This document shows positions 16,477 to 25,945 of a stretch of 64,000 bases of DNA, piece after piece. The DNA is from a virus. The notes under the pieces are model-generated. The model searched no databases, had not been told where the DNA came from, and saw only the letters and a program-made list of their open reading frames with translations. The stretch covers positions 32,001 to 96,000 of IMG/VR virus record IMGVR_UViG_3300023199_000051; one strand, written 5' to 3'. Both the position numbers and the translations under genes were made by a program. Each line of letters opens with the position of its first letter. Positions within the stretch are counted from its first letter, which is position 1.

Positions 16477-18408
16477 ATGGCCAAGCTCCCCGTCCGGCAG
16501 ACGCAGACCGACGCGGAGCGCCACATCTTCGGGGCGCTTGTAGGAGGAGCAGCCGGCACAGCCCTCGGGCAGGTGATCGGCGTGCCCTTCATGCCCAGCG
16601 GGGTCGCGGGTGCTCTTGGTGGCATCGCGCTCGCACGCTGGGACATTGAGCAGGACAAGAAGGACACAGGGGTCTCGATCGGCCAGATCGAAGAAGACCC
16701 ACAGCTGTCCGACAACGAGCGGCTGAACATCCGAGAGCGCATCAAGCTCTTTCGTGCACGGCAGCAGCAGCGCAAGGATGCGCTGGCCCTCGCAGGGCAG
16801 CAGGCTAACCAGCTGGCCGATGACCTGGGCGCCACCGCCGAAGCTGTCGAAGCAGCGGCGGAGGAAGGGCACGACATTGGTGATGCGCCTACAGCCCTGT
16901 CGAGCAGGCTGCAGCGGGTGCGCAGCGCCTTCGGCCGCATCAAGCGGGCAGCGCAGGCCGCTGCCGATGAGGAAGAGGAACGAGCGCAAGAGCTGTACGA
17001 GGAGCTGGAGGCCACGCGCAAGCGCAACAAGACGCTTGGCTACATCGCACTTGGCGGCACACTCGGCGCGCTGGCTGGGTACATGGTCAACGACACCGAA
17101 GGGAGCGTAGCTGGCAGCTTCTTCGGTGCCGCGGCAGGCCTGATCACAGCGGGCATCATCACGTCCGAGCCCACCGCCGAGGACGATCTGGTGGTGTCTG
17201 GCCTCGACGACGAGGTGGGGTTCGGACCTGGTGGCGCCATTCCGTACCGGTCGTGGGCCGAGCTGCAAGGAGGCCCCGGCCCTTGGTCCATGGAGCGCTT
17301 GTTCCTGGCCAGTCAGTACAAGCCAGACCGCTTCGGCTGGGCTGCACTGCCCTCCACGCAGAGCGCGTACGGGCCAGCCTTCGCCAACACCCCGGCCGCC
17401 ATCCCCGGCCCTGGCGGCGTGCCACAGTTCGGTACGGGCTTCGGCCCTGCCTACCTGAACATGCCGCACGACACAGCACCTGGCCTTGTCACACCGCCAA
17501 GCTACGCCTACCAGCAGGACGTCTCTCCGCGAGCTGCAGAGGCAGCGCGAGTCTTCTCCGGCCACCTGCGGCGCCGCGGCATCGAGGTCAAGCACGCTTT
17601 CTTCCGATGGCCTGGCCCCGCCCGCGCGCACGGCACGACCTATGCGCCAAGCTGGGGTGAGCATGCTGCTGCACAGCGCATCGCCAAGCGCGTGGCGCAG
17701 CGTGCCAACCTGCACGCGGTCCTCTTCACCGGATCGGAGCCGGGCACCTACACCATCCACTTCACCGACAACCCCACCGTGCTGATGGCGCAAGCTCAAG
17801 GTAGAGGCGCACAGACGTCGCAGATCGCAGGTGTCGGGTTCCTCGGCGAGGAGAGCATCTCCAGCGCTACCTCATACGCCGCAGAAGGTCTCGATGGCTT
17901 TGGAGACTACATCCTTGGCGGCCTTGCTGGTGCAACCGCTGGGGCCTACCTCGCTGGAGAGAAGCAGCGCACCTCTGGCGGGGTCGCTGGGTTCTTGTCC
18001 GGCATTGCTTTGACGTGGCTCACGGATCCCGGCCCCCTCCCTCCCGTCGTCACCGAGCGCGGGGACATCGCCCGCGACGCCTTGGAGATGATCGAGGATG
18101 GCAACGTGGGCCGCGTGCTCACCATGGGCATCTGGGGACCTGCCGCCTACTGGGCTGCCACAGAGGCCGAGCATCCCATCCTGGCAGTCGGGTTGGCGGT
18201 TGGTGGTGTGGGCATGGTGGCGGGTGCTGCGCGGAGCTACGCGCGCACACAGCGGCTCCGCTCACGTCTCGAAGCTGCCACCAAGCGTGGTCCTCAAGCC
18301 AAGCTCATCACAGAGGAGGAGGCAGCAGCTGGGCGCATCATCGACGATCCCGAGATCCTGGAGAAGCTAGCGACTCCCAAGAAGCAACTGCGGAGGTTAT
18401 CGCTATGA
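16477..18408 (+). CDS. Multi-TM glycine-zipper protein with coiled coil
   Basis: Three GxxxG-rich hairpins (FGALVGGAAGTALG; LGGTLGALAG; LGGLAGATAG) and a C-terminal TM. Confidence 0.75.
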   Translation: MAKLPVRQTQTDAERHIFGALVGGAAGTALGQVIGVPFMPSGVAGALGGIALARWDIEQDKKDTGVSIGQIEEDPQLSDNERLNIRERIKLFRARQQQRKDALALAGQQANQLADDLGATAEAVEAAAEEGHDIGDAPTALSSRLQRVRSAFGRIKRAAQAAADEEEERAQELYEELEATRKRNKTLGYIALGGTLGALAGYMVNDTEGSVAGSFFGAAAGLITAGIITSEPTAEDDLVVSGLDDEVGFGPGGAIPYRSWAELQGGPGPWSMERLFLASQYKPDRFGWAALPSTQSAYGPAFANTPAAIPGPGGVPQFGTGFGPAYLNMPHDTAPGLVTPPSYAYQQDVSPRAAEAARVFSGHLRRRGIEVKHAFFRWPGPARAHGTTYAPSWGEHAAAQRIAKRVAQRANLHAVLFTGSEPGTYTIHFTDNPTVLMAQAQGRGAQTSQIAGVGFLGEESISSATSYAAEGLDGFGDYILGGLAGATAGAYLAGEKQRTSGGVAGFLSGIALTWLTDPGPLPPVVTERGDIARDALEMIEDGNVGRVLTMGIWGPAAYWAATEAEHPILAVGLAVGGVGMVAGAARSYARTQRLRSRLEAATKRGPQAKLITEEEAAAGRIIDDPEILEKLATPKKQLRRLSL

Positions 18409-18785
18409 GTGCCGCAGCAGCAGCCGTTGCAGCCAGCTCTGACGTCCGTATCGAGCCTTCCTCGGTTGCCGGCTTCGTCGCGGTCGCCGGTCCCCGTCGA
18501 GGGCGCCGTCGCGGCCGTCGAGGGCGCCGTCGCCGTGGCCGCTGGAGCCGACCTCTCCCTGGACCCGGCGGCGGAACCTTCCGGCGATGGGTAGGGCCTG
18601 GAGGCATCAGGCCACGCAGGCGTAGAAGGCGCCGCCGTCACTGGCGTCGTGGGTTCTCATACGGCCCGTACTACTACGGTGCGCCGTGGTGGTGGTACGG
18701 GTACGGGCCCTACATGCGCTGGCTGATGTGTCGGCGCCGCGGCTACCCCTGGTGCCCACCACCGCCTCCACGCTACTGGTACTAG
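18405..18785 (+). CDS. Arg-rich protamine-like protein with a Tyr/Trp/Pro-rich tail
   Basis: GGAGG RBS and ATGA overlap; RRGRRRGRRGRRRRG, RRRRRRRRHWRRG, YGPYYYGAPWWWYG. Confidence 0.65.
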   Translation: MSAAAAAVAASSDVRIEPSSVAGFVAVAGPRRGRRRGRRGRRRRGRWSRPLPGPGGGTFRRWVGPGGIRPRRRRRRRRHWRRGFSYGPYYYGAPWWWYGYGPYMRWLMCRRRGYPWCPPPPPRYWY

Positions 18786-18793
18786 GAGGCTGC

Positions 18794-19192
18794 ATGCTGT
18801 TCCCTGACAGCTACGAAGGCGCACTTGAAGACGCACCACCTTGGGTCCGCGAAGCGTGGAGCGCGTACCAGCAGCTGCCCGAGGACGAGCAACTTGCAGT
18901 CCCCTTTCTGTACTTCGTCCTGGGTCGGAAGGGGACACCCCCCTTCAAGGTGAGCAAGGACAACGCGCTGTACTTTGACCCAAGCCCCGTGAAGGGTGCA
19001 CAGTGCAGTGGGTGTCCCTTCGCCTACGAGAAGGTCACGAAGCGCGGTCGCTTCATCTGCTCGCAGATCCGCGGCACCATCGAGCCGGACGGGTGGTGCG
19101 TCATTCCACACCTACGAGGGGTCTGGAAGTCGTTGAAGGCATCGACGATCAACAAGCTGATCGACCGCGTTGAAGATCGGCGATCTGCGTAG
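18794..19192 (+). CDS. HiPIP-like (putative Fe-S) domain protein
   Basis: GGAGG RBS; KVSKDNALYFDPSP..CSGCPF..C..IRGTIEPDGWC resembles the four-Cys HiPIP pattern. Confidence 0.6.
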   Translation: MLFPDSYEGALEDAPPWVREAWSAYQQLPEDEQLAVPFLYFVLGRKGTPPFKVSKDNALYFDPSPVKGAQCSGCPFAYEKVTKRGRFICSQIRGTIEPDGWCVIPHLRGVWKSLKASTINKLIDRVEDRRSA

Positions 19193-19261
19193 AGGTGCGG
19201 GAGGCACCGTGCTAGGTTGAGGCTGCCGTCTCACCAACAGCACCACTCCAGGAACACCGCC

Positions 19262-21802
19262 ATGTCAGACAGGTTCATCCCCCCGCACAACCACTCCGTG
19301 GATGACCTCCCTGTAGGGAAGGGGCCAGGCAAGGTGGCCCTCTGGGTCGATGTCGCGTCCCTGATCAGTGCTCCCTCTCTGGATAATGCCTACCAGAACG
19401 GCAGTGTGATCACCACCACCCCAGGCAGTGGGGACGTGGTGATCGGAGGCGATCAAGACTTCATCCTCTCGACGTCCGGGGCTGTCAACCAGACCGGATC
19501 GGGCCAAGTCACGTTCAGCGGCAACGTTGACGCAGACGCGGGGCTCGACGTTGTTGGAGGCAGCTTCACCCATGCAGCTGGAGGTACAGGTGACGTAGAC
19601 GTGGCCTGGGACTTCTCGGGTGGCGTCACCATCAGCGGCGACAACCTGACCGTCAATGACGGTGTGCCTGTGGTCTTCGGCGACGACAGCAACTGGAGCG
19701 TGCAGTACGACGAGGCGGGTAGTGATGCCCTGGAGGTTGCCGGTGCGGCCCAGACGGCCGACAACACAGCCGGCTACGGTCTCTCCGTCACCGGTAGCCA
19801 GGGTGGATCCACACCAGACGGGACAGCTGCTGGTGATGGCGGTCCGCTGTCCTTCACCTCTGGCGCTGGTGGTGCAGGCAGCGCCACGGGAGCTGGTGGT
19901 GACTCTGGAGACGTGCTCCTCGACGTTGGTGCAGCTGGCGCTGATGGTGGTGGAGGGGCAGGTAGCACGGGCACCGTCAAGATCGGCGGCACGACGGTCA
20001 ACCCGATCGAAGCCACGACGGCTGCCGACGAGCTGACCGCCATCGCCCTGCTCACCAACACCACCGAGTCTGCGGGCTTCTTCGTGGGGTCCAGCGACCC
20101 CAGTGGCACGGTCACTGGGGCCGCCGCCTCGCTGTTCCTACGCGACACCGGAGCTGGCGGCGAGGTCTACGTCAACACCTCAGCCGGCAGCGGTACGACG
20201 TGGACACAGCTCGGGTCTGGAGGCGGCGGCATCGGAGGCAGCGTCGGCACGATAGACAACGCCATCCCCCGCGCGGATGGTGCGGGTGGTTCCACGCTTC
20301 AAGGTGGCGCTTCCAACGACAATGTGATCCTGGAGGACAACGGCCACCTGCGTCCAGAGGTGGACAGCGGCGGCCGGCTCGGTACGGCGACCTTCGGCTG
20401 GCAGGAGCTGCATCTCTCATCCGGCGGTGACATCATCTTCAACAACGACATCACCATCCGAGATGCCTTCGGTCCGCTGTTCTTCGAGGACGCGACGGCC
20501 TACCGGTTCGATTCTGATGTGACTCCCCGGACGGACGGTGGAGGCAGTCTCGGATCGGCCGGTGTCCCGTGGGGCAGTGTCTACATCAACGAGGGTGATG
20601 ACATCAACTGGATTGTCAGCTCGGCGACCGACGTAGCGATCAACCACATCGAAGACAAGCTGACCTTCACCGGCGCGACCATTGGCTACGTCTTCGAAGA
20701 CGGCCCTGTCGGCATCGATCGTCTCGCAGCCAAGCCCGCAGCCATCAACGGCTCCATCCAGCTGTGGGGCGGGCAGATGTCAGGGGGTGTGCTGCAGCTC
20801 GGGATGATCGATGGCATCAACGACTTCGAGCGTGCCGTTGTCGGGGTCTGGGACTTCGGCATCCTACACTCCGCACAGCTCCGTGACTCGGGCTTCTCGA
20901 ACAACCTCTCGATCCGCCAGGCCACTGGATGGTGGTTCCAGGGTGTCGCCGCTCCGACGTCCGGGGACACCTTCACTGTCACCGACGGGTCGACCTCGCG
21001 TGTCTACGGGTTCGACGCTGGCGGTGACGTCGTAGTTGCCCTGGGCGCTGACAACACCGAGACCATGCGCAACTTCGTCGCAGCTGTGAATGGGGACGGG
21101 TCGAGCCTATGGGGAGCACGCTTCATCTCCCACCTGCGAAACGCGGCCGACGGTGCAGTGGTGATGTACCGCCTCGACCAGTCGAGCAACAGCTTCGACG
21201 ACCGGATCTTCGCTTCGCTGTCGACGGGTACCATCCAATACTTCAACCTGGAGAACGACGTCGACTACCGGGCCTTCGGCGTGAGTGGGTCGACCAGCAT
21301 CCCCAGCTCCGATCCGGGCGTCAAGACGTTCGGGCCCGGCCGCCGCTTCAACGAGACGACGGGCGGCCTGGTCTTCTTCAGCTTCCTCGAAGGCCGCATG
21401 TTCTACGCGGACTACACGAGAGCTGAGGGTGCCTGGGAGGAGATCGACCCGATGGTGCGCCGGTTCGTCCGTGTTGCCACGGACAGCAACATCGCCGATC
21501 TGTCAGCAGGTGCCCCTGACACCACCGACATGATAGCCCTTGCCGCTGGGGACCTTGTGCTGGTCCGATCACAGACGGCCACCGCGGAGAACGGCGTGTA
21601 CTTCGTCGAGTCGGTGGGCACGGGCTCGGACGGCACCTGGGAGCGCGTGAGCTGGTTCAACGCTACCTCGGAGGATGGGCTGTCTGCCGGGCTGGAGATC
21701 TACGTCCAAGAGGGCGCTGTCCGCGAGAAGACCACCTACACGCTCACCACGACGGGCGCGGTTACCATCGACACCACAGGCCTCACCTTCGAGGCACTGT
21801 AG
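19262..21802 (+). CDS. Fibre/spike-like virion structural protein
   Basis: Gly/Thr/Asp-rich beta repeats; C-terminal VRVAT..GDLVLVRSQT..ENGVY..W.R..VQEG..LTT fibre/decoration-type domain. Confidence 0.7.
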   Translation: MSDRFIPPHNHSVDDLPVGKGPGKVALWVDVASLISAPSLDNAYQNGSVITTTPGSGDVVIGGDQDFILSTSGAVNQTGSGQVTFSGNVDADAGLDVVGGSFTHAAGGTGDVDVAWDFSGGVTISGDNLTVNDGVPVVFGDDSNWSVQYDEAGSDALEVAGAAQTADNTAGYGLSVTGSQGGSTPDGTAAGDGGPLSFTSGAGGAGSATGAGGDSGDVLLDVGAAGADGGGGAGSTGTVKIGGTTVNPIEATTAADELTAIALLTNTTESAGFFVGSSDPSGTVTGAAASLFLRDTGAGGEVYVNTSAGSGTTWTQLGSGGGGIGGSVGTIDNAIPRADGAGGSTLQGGASNDNVILEDNGHLRPEVDSGGRLGTATFGWQELHLSSGGDIIFNNDITIRDAFGPLFFEDATAYRFDSDVTPRTDGGGSLGSAGVPWGSVYINEGDDINWIVSSATDVAINHIEDKLTFTGATIGYVFEDGPVGIDRLAAKPAAINGSIQLWGGQMSGGVLQLGMIDGINDFERAVVGVWDFGILHSAQLRDSGFSNNLSIRQATGWWFQGVAAPTSGDTFTVTDGSTSRVYGFDAGGDVVVALGADNTETMRNFVAAVNGDGSSLWGARFISHLRNAADGAVVMYRLDQSSNSFDDRIFASLSTGTIQYFNLENDVDYRAFGVSGSTSIPSSDPGVKTFGPGRRFNETTGGLVFFSFLEGRMFYADYTRAEGAWEEIDPMVRRFVRVATDSNIADLSAGAPDTTDMIALAAGDLVLVRSQTATAENGVYFVESVGTGSDGTWERVSWFNATSEDGLSAGLEIYVQEGAVREKTTYTLTTTGAVTIDTTGLTFEAL

Positions 21803-21827
21803 TCACCCCCTGACCTCGGAGGCCTCC

Positions 21828-22136
21828 ATGGCCCTGCAGCTGTCCTACGACGACAAATACGGCTCCACGCACAAGGCCGCCTACCACATGGTCGGCAGCT
21901 TGAGGATCAGCCGACCCCGACAAGTCGGGATCTTCGTGATCTGGACGTACGTCGACCAGGCCGCACGGGCCAAAGGCGCGAAGCCGCTCCGCAGGCTGGA
22001 GTACATCCTCACAGGCGACGACTACGAGGCAGTCTTCGGCGAGAAGGCCACGAGCCCTGCAGGCGCCAACGTAGTAGCGAACATCTACGGGCACCTCAAG
22101 AAGCTCGAAGAGTGGTCGGACGCCCTAGACGTGTAG
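21828..22136 (+). CDS. Small fibre-associated (assembly/chaperone-like) protein
   Basis: GGAGG RBS; directly after the fibre gene; ends IYGHLKKLEEWSDALDV. Confidence 0.55.
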   Translation: MALQLSYDDKYGSTHKAAYHMVGSLRISRPRQVGIFVIWTYVDQAARAKGAKPLRRLEYILTGDDYEAVFGEKATSPAGANVVANIYGHLKKLEEWSDALDV

Positions 22137-22161
22137 GACTGCCGCAGGGGCGCTGTACGTC

Positions 22162-22761
22162 CTACTGCTTGCCGGTTGCCGCGACTTCCTGCCGGAGCTT
22201 GACTGACCTGGGATCGAAGCGCAGCTCGACCCGCTGCCCTTCACGGCTGATGGGTAGGTCGATACCAGCGTGAATCACCCAGGCCTTGACGAACTCCAGC
22301 AGCTCACCGGCTGGAGCGTGCAGACCAGGACCGCAGTGGTCTTCGCTGTCCTCTGCGCTGTGAGGGGGGATTGGGAGATGGAAGGCGCCCCTGGCCCCCT
22401 CGAAGCGCCAGTTGACGTTCCACCTACGGAGGGCCTCCTCCGCGGTCCACGCCCACGCCATGTCGAGGTACACGACGGTGGGGAAGATGATCGCGTCGAC
22501 TGCGTCCGAGACATCCCGCACGCAGGTCCATACGCGCGCGTTCCGGCCATCGGACACGCTGATGGGTTGCCACCCGTGAGCGAGCACGTCCTCCAAGCTC
22601 CGGTAAGCTGGACCCCCCCAGCTCGTGCCGGCCGGTGTGATGAAGCTCGCCTTGAGCGGTGGTGGGGAGTTTGGCGTCGCGAGGGGGCGTCTGTGCGGCA
22701 CCTCAAACTCGGCCACGGCGAAGTAGCAACCACGCAGGGGTGGCTTGTGCTGCTGTCTCAC
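22162..22761 (-). CDS. Hypothetical protein
   Basis: GTGA overlap with the upstream macro-domain gene. Confidence 0.55.
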   Translation of the reverse strand: MRQQHKPPLRGCYFAVAEFEVPHRRPLATPNSPPPLKASFITPAGTSWGGPAYRSLEDVLAHGWQPISVSDGRNARVWTCVRDVSDAVDAIIFPTVVYLDMAWAWTAEEALRRWNVNWRFEGARGAFHLPIPPHSAEDSEDHCGPGLHAPAGELLEFVKAWVIHAGIDLPISREGQRVELRFDPRSVKLRQEVAATGKQ

Positions 22762-23423
22762 TGACGTACTCCGATTCCTAGTGGGTCATCTTCTCTGAAC
22801 GGAGGCTTGCCCGTGCTGAGTACACCTGATCCGCTGCACACAGTGCATGGCACGATTGTGTAAGCAGGGGGGCTGATCGTGTCGTCGTGCGCCTCCCCCA
22901 TCCCTGCACACTCTGGGCAGGTGACACCCTCGACGTCGGCATGCCTCACCACGAGTGTGATCCGGGCCTCTCGATCCCCGAGTGCCCAGAGGTGGGGCAG
23001 GATGTCTTCGGGGGCCAGGCCGCCATTGCCGCACCCCACGAGCGGCATCAACACGCGCCCGCGCCGCAGCTGTGGGATCAGAGTCAGCAGCTCTTCGCAG
23101 GACTGCTCGATGCGCTCCAACGTGCTTGGCCCTCTCCATGACATCCAGGGCTGCTTGGCGTTCATCGGCTTGGTCGGGAAGAGGATGAACCGCCAGTCGG
23201 GATGGGCCAGTGTCGGGATCTCGGCTCCATGCTCAGCGCAGAGGCGTCCGTACCAGGCGGGCAGTGGCGCGCACAGTCGGTGGGCTTGCTTTGCGAGGCC
23301 GCGCCCCATGACCGCTGTGCGGTCCTGCTTCCACCCGATGTTGGTCGGGATGACGACCCAGTCCCGCGTGCGGCGGTGATCCCAGATGTCCCCGAACAGG
23401 ACACGCTTTCGAGTTCTTGGCAT
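22758..23423 (-). CDS. Macro-domain (ADP-ribose binding/hydrolase-like) protein with a C-terminal CxxCxGxG zinc finger
   Basis: VVIPTN..VMGRGLAKQ..ILFPTK..MPLVGCGNGGL; then CPECAGMG..CTVCSGSG. Confidence 0.8.
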   Translation of the reverse strand: MPRTRKRVLFGDIWDHRRTRDWVVIPTNIGWKQDRTAVMGRGLAKQAHRLCAPLPAWYGRLCAEHGAEIPTLAHPDWRFILFPTKPMNAKQPWMSWRGPSTLERIEQSCEELLTLIPQLRRGRVLMPLVGCGNGGLAPEDILPHLWALGDREARITLVVRHADVEGVTCPECAGMGEAHDDTISPPAYTIVPCTVCSGSGVLSTGKPPFREDDPLGIGVRQ

Positions 23424-23504
23424 TGGGCTTCCGGTGGTGCGAAGTGCTGTGGACATCGGGTCCATAACACCTGTTGCACATCATGCACAGGTCACGCACT
23501 CATG

Positions 23505-25127
23505 TCAAGGGGCATCCACTGTGCTGAAGCTGAGAGCCCCCAGCGAGAAGAATGTCGTGTCCCCGAGGCGAGGATTGACCCGTCCATTGGCTTCGATGCG
23601 AACGCTTCCAACCGTGGTGGGTGCCCCGCCTGTGATCACAGGCATGTCGACGTTCTTGGAGGGGCGGCACCCTGCCGGCAGGGTGAAGGCTGAAGATCCC
23701 AGCGCACCCCCCTTGATGGTGCCTCTCAGGTAGACAAAGCCCTGAGCGTCCTTGGCGTACTCTGCCTCGTACACGGCCACTCCCCCGTGGTCCTGCCAGC
23801 CATTCTCGAAGCCGAGCGTGTCCCCGACATCCAGCCACAGCAGACCAATTGAGGGAGAGCCGTTTCGGACCTGTGTGAGGTCTGCAGCCTGAGCTACGTT
23901 GTTCGCTCCGCCGTCAGCGCTCACGGCGTTGTTGGTGCCGAAGGCAGTCACCAGGTCCGAGTCTGGGCCCAGGCCCCCCTGCCAGCCATCCTCGGCCTCG
24001 ATCGCGTAGGTCGTGCCCACCTCGCCGTAGAGGTTCGGCAGTGCACCACCGCCATTGCTCCCTTCTCCGCGTGTGTTCATCTTGAACCCGGCACTCAAGG
24101 TGGAGTCGGGATCGAAGAGGAGCGAGTCGTATGCCCCGAGTGCCGCTGCGGCAGCCCAGCTCACGCCATCGAAGAGCTGGTCGTCTGTCATCTCGGTGAG
24201 CACGCACTGGCCTCGGTAGGTCCAGAAGCCGCCAGCCTCACCGCTGATGAATGCCCGCCCGGCTGTCGCGAAGCTGCCATCGAACACGGTGCCGCTGGCT
24301 ATGCGTAGGTTGCCCTTGCGTGTAACCACCGCCATTCCATCACTGGCGCTTCCTGAACACCGGACGTAGCACGTGGTGAGGAACATGGAGCCACCGAAGC
24401 CCCCCCGTACAAGGCTTGTGCGGACGGAGCAGCTCTCCAGGTCGATCTTGTCGCTGGCATTGATCGAGAACACCCGCTTTGCCGCCGGGTTGTCGATGAT
24501 CAGGTCCTTGAAGTTGAGCTGCACGCTGGTCTGGATGATGGTGCTGCCGTCGCTTGAGAGCGACAACGTGGCTCCCAAGGAGAGCAGGTCGATGGTGTCG
24601 GCGGGCGCTGGTGCGAGCAGGGACGTGGACCCGAGCGTGCACCAGATGCGCGTGGTGCCCCCGCCCGTGGCCGTGTTCTTGTAGATCCATCCCCGGACAC
24701 CACTCGGTGCGCCAGATGTGTACTCGATGAGGGTGTCTTTGAGTCCATCCTCGGCCACGGAAAGCCCCGTGACGTCGAGGATGATGCCCCCTTCAGTGGT
24801 CGCAGCCACAACGGCATCGACCGTAGCTGTGTCGGTCACTGTCGGGGTCGGACCCTGCACGGTGATGTTGTTGAACTCACCGAGGACTCGGGGGATCGTG
24901 GCTTCCCCTTCTTGGATGTTGATGGTGACCGTGCTGCTGTTGGCCGTGCCGATGTCCAGCGCGGCTCGCATGATCGTCTCGTAGGGGTTGCTGGCTGAGC
25001 CATCTCCAGAGTCATCACTGCCCGTGTTCGGGTTGACGAACAGGTCAGTGCCAAGACTGGGATCGTTCTCCAGCGGCCGTGAGGTGCCGTCCACAGAGAC
25101 CTCTTGGTTGGGCCGAATCCACGCCAT
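23505..25127 (-). CDS. Receptor-binding spike/fibre protein
   Basis: LFVNPNTGSDDSGDGSASNPYETI (DUF1565/beta-helix entry motif); C-terminal GFVYLRGTIKGG..FTLPAGCRP fibre-tip domain. Confidence 0.75.
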   Translation of the reverse strand: MAWIRPNQEVSVDGTSRPLENDPSLGTDLFVNPNTGSDDSGDGSASNPYETIMRAALDIGTANSSTVTINIQEGEATIPRVLGEFNNITVQGPTPTVTDTATVDAVVAATTEGGIILDVTGLSVAEDGLKDTLIEYTSGAPSGVRGWIYKNTATGGGTTRIWCTLGSTSLLAPAPADTIDLLSLGATLSLSSDGSTIIQTSVQLNFKDLIIDNPAAKRVFSINASDKIDLESCSVRTSLVRGGFGGSMFLTTCYVRCSGSASDGMAVVTRKGNLRIASGTVFDGSFATAGRAFISGEAGGFWTYRGQCVLTEMTDDQLFDGVSWAAAAALGAYDSLLFDPDSTLSAGFKMNTRGEGSNGGGALPNLYGEVGTTYAIEAEDGWQGGLGPDSDLVTAFGTNNAVSADGGANNVAQAADLTQVRNGSPSIGLLWLDVGDTLGFENGWQDHGGVAVYEAEYAKDAQGFVYLRGTIKGGALGSSAFTLPAGCRPSKNVDMPVITGGAPTTVGSVRIEANGRVNPRLGDTTFFSLGALSFSTVDAP

Positions 25128-25130
25128 CGA

Positions 25131-25529
25131 TCACCACCCCGCTTTGATGTGGTACTGCGTGCTCACCACGTTGTCGGCTCCGGCGTTGGGCCTCGACTGG
25201 TGAAACAGCGACGTCGACGGCTGCCCGACTGCCGCAGCATCCTGGTCGAAGTAGGTGGCAGCTCCTGCGTTGTCGACGGTCTCCGCAGCCGTCTCGTTCT
25301 CCACAGCCACCGCTTCTGGGTTGTTGGCCGGGTCTGACTTCCAGCCCAAGATGGGATTGACCACGGCCGCTGTGCCGCTGTCAAGGATGCACACCTGGCG
25401 CCGGACCGTTCCTCGGATGGGCATGTTCGGAATCTCGACTTCCGTTGCAGCTCCGACGTTGTCTTCCTCGATGCTGACGAAGAACTCGCCAGGCCCGATC
25501 TGCCTTGCAGTGATCTGGGTGACCGCCAT
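25131..25529 (-). CDS. Small beta-rich putative structural protein
   Basis: GAGGAG RBS; beta-strand-like composition; lies within the structural run. Confidence 0.6.
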   Translation of the reverse strand: MAVTQITARQIGPGEFFVSIEEDNVGAATEVEIPNMPIRGTVRRQVCILDSGTAAVVNPILGWKSDPANNPEAVAVENETAAETVDNAGAATYFDQDAAAVGQPSTSLFHQSRPNAGADNVVSTQYHIKAGW

Positions 25530-25567
25530 GGCCCCTCCTCAGGATCTTGTGAGTCGGGAGCGCGCGG

Positions 25568-25936
25568 CTATCCGACCAGCACGCTCACTTTGAAGCCGCC
25601 CTCGTTGACCGGCACGTTGGAGAGGTCAACGGACACGTTGACGCTGTCTGCCGAGAAGATCGGGGCGTCTGCGGGCATCTGGTTGCCCAGGCTGTTCGAC
25701 CCTCCGTCGGTGCCTGCGACGATGGAGCCGTGTACGATGCTCGGCGTGCGGCCGAGGCCGTGTGCTCCGAGGATTGCTTCGCCGGATCCGCCGTTGCCGA
25801 CCGTACCCTCGACCACAGCGAAGCCTGTGCCTGCGAGGGCGGGGATGTCCGACGTCGCCGGGATCTTGCCGGTGCCTTCCCCCACAGGGAGGTCTTCGAT
25901 GGAATGCGAATGAGGTGGAATGGTGTTGTTGGGCAT
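25568..25936 (-). CDS. Small structural protein sharing its N-terminal motif with the 19262 fibre
   Basis: IPPHSHSIEDLPVGEGTGKI versus IPPHNHSVDDLPVGKGPGKV. Confidence 0.7.
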   Translation of the reverse strand: MPNNTIPPHSHSIEDLPVGEGTGKIPATSDIPALAGTGFAVVEGTVGNGGSGEAILGAHGLGRTPSIVHGSIVAGTDGGSNSLGNQMPADAPIFSADSVNVSVDLSNVPVNEGGFKVSVLVG

Positions 25937-25945
25937 GGAAGCCTC

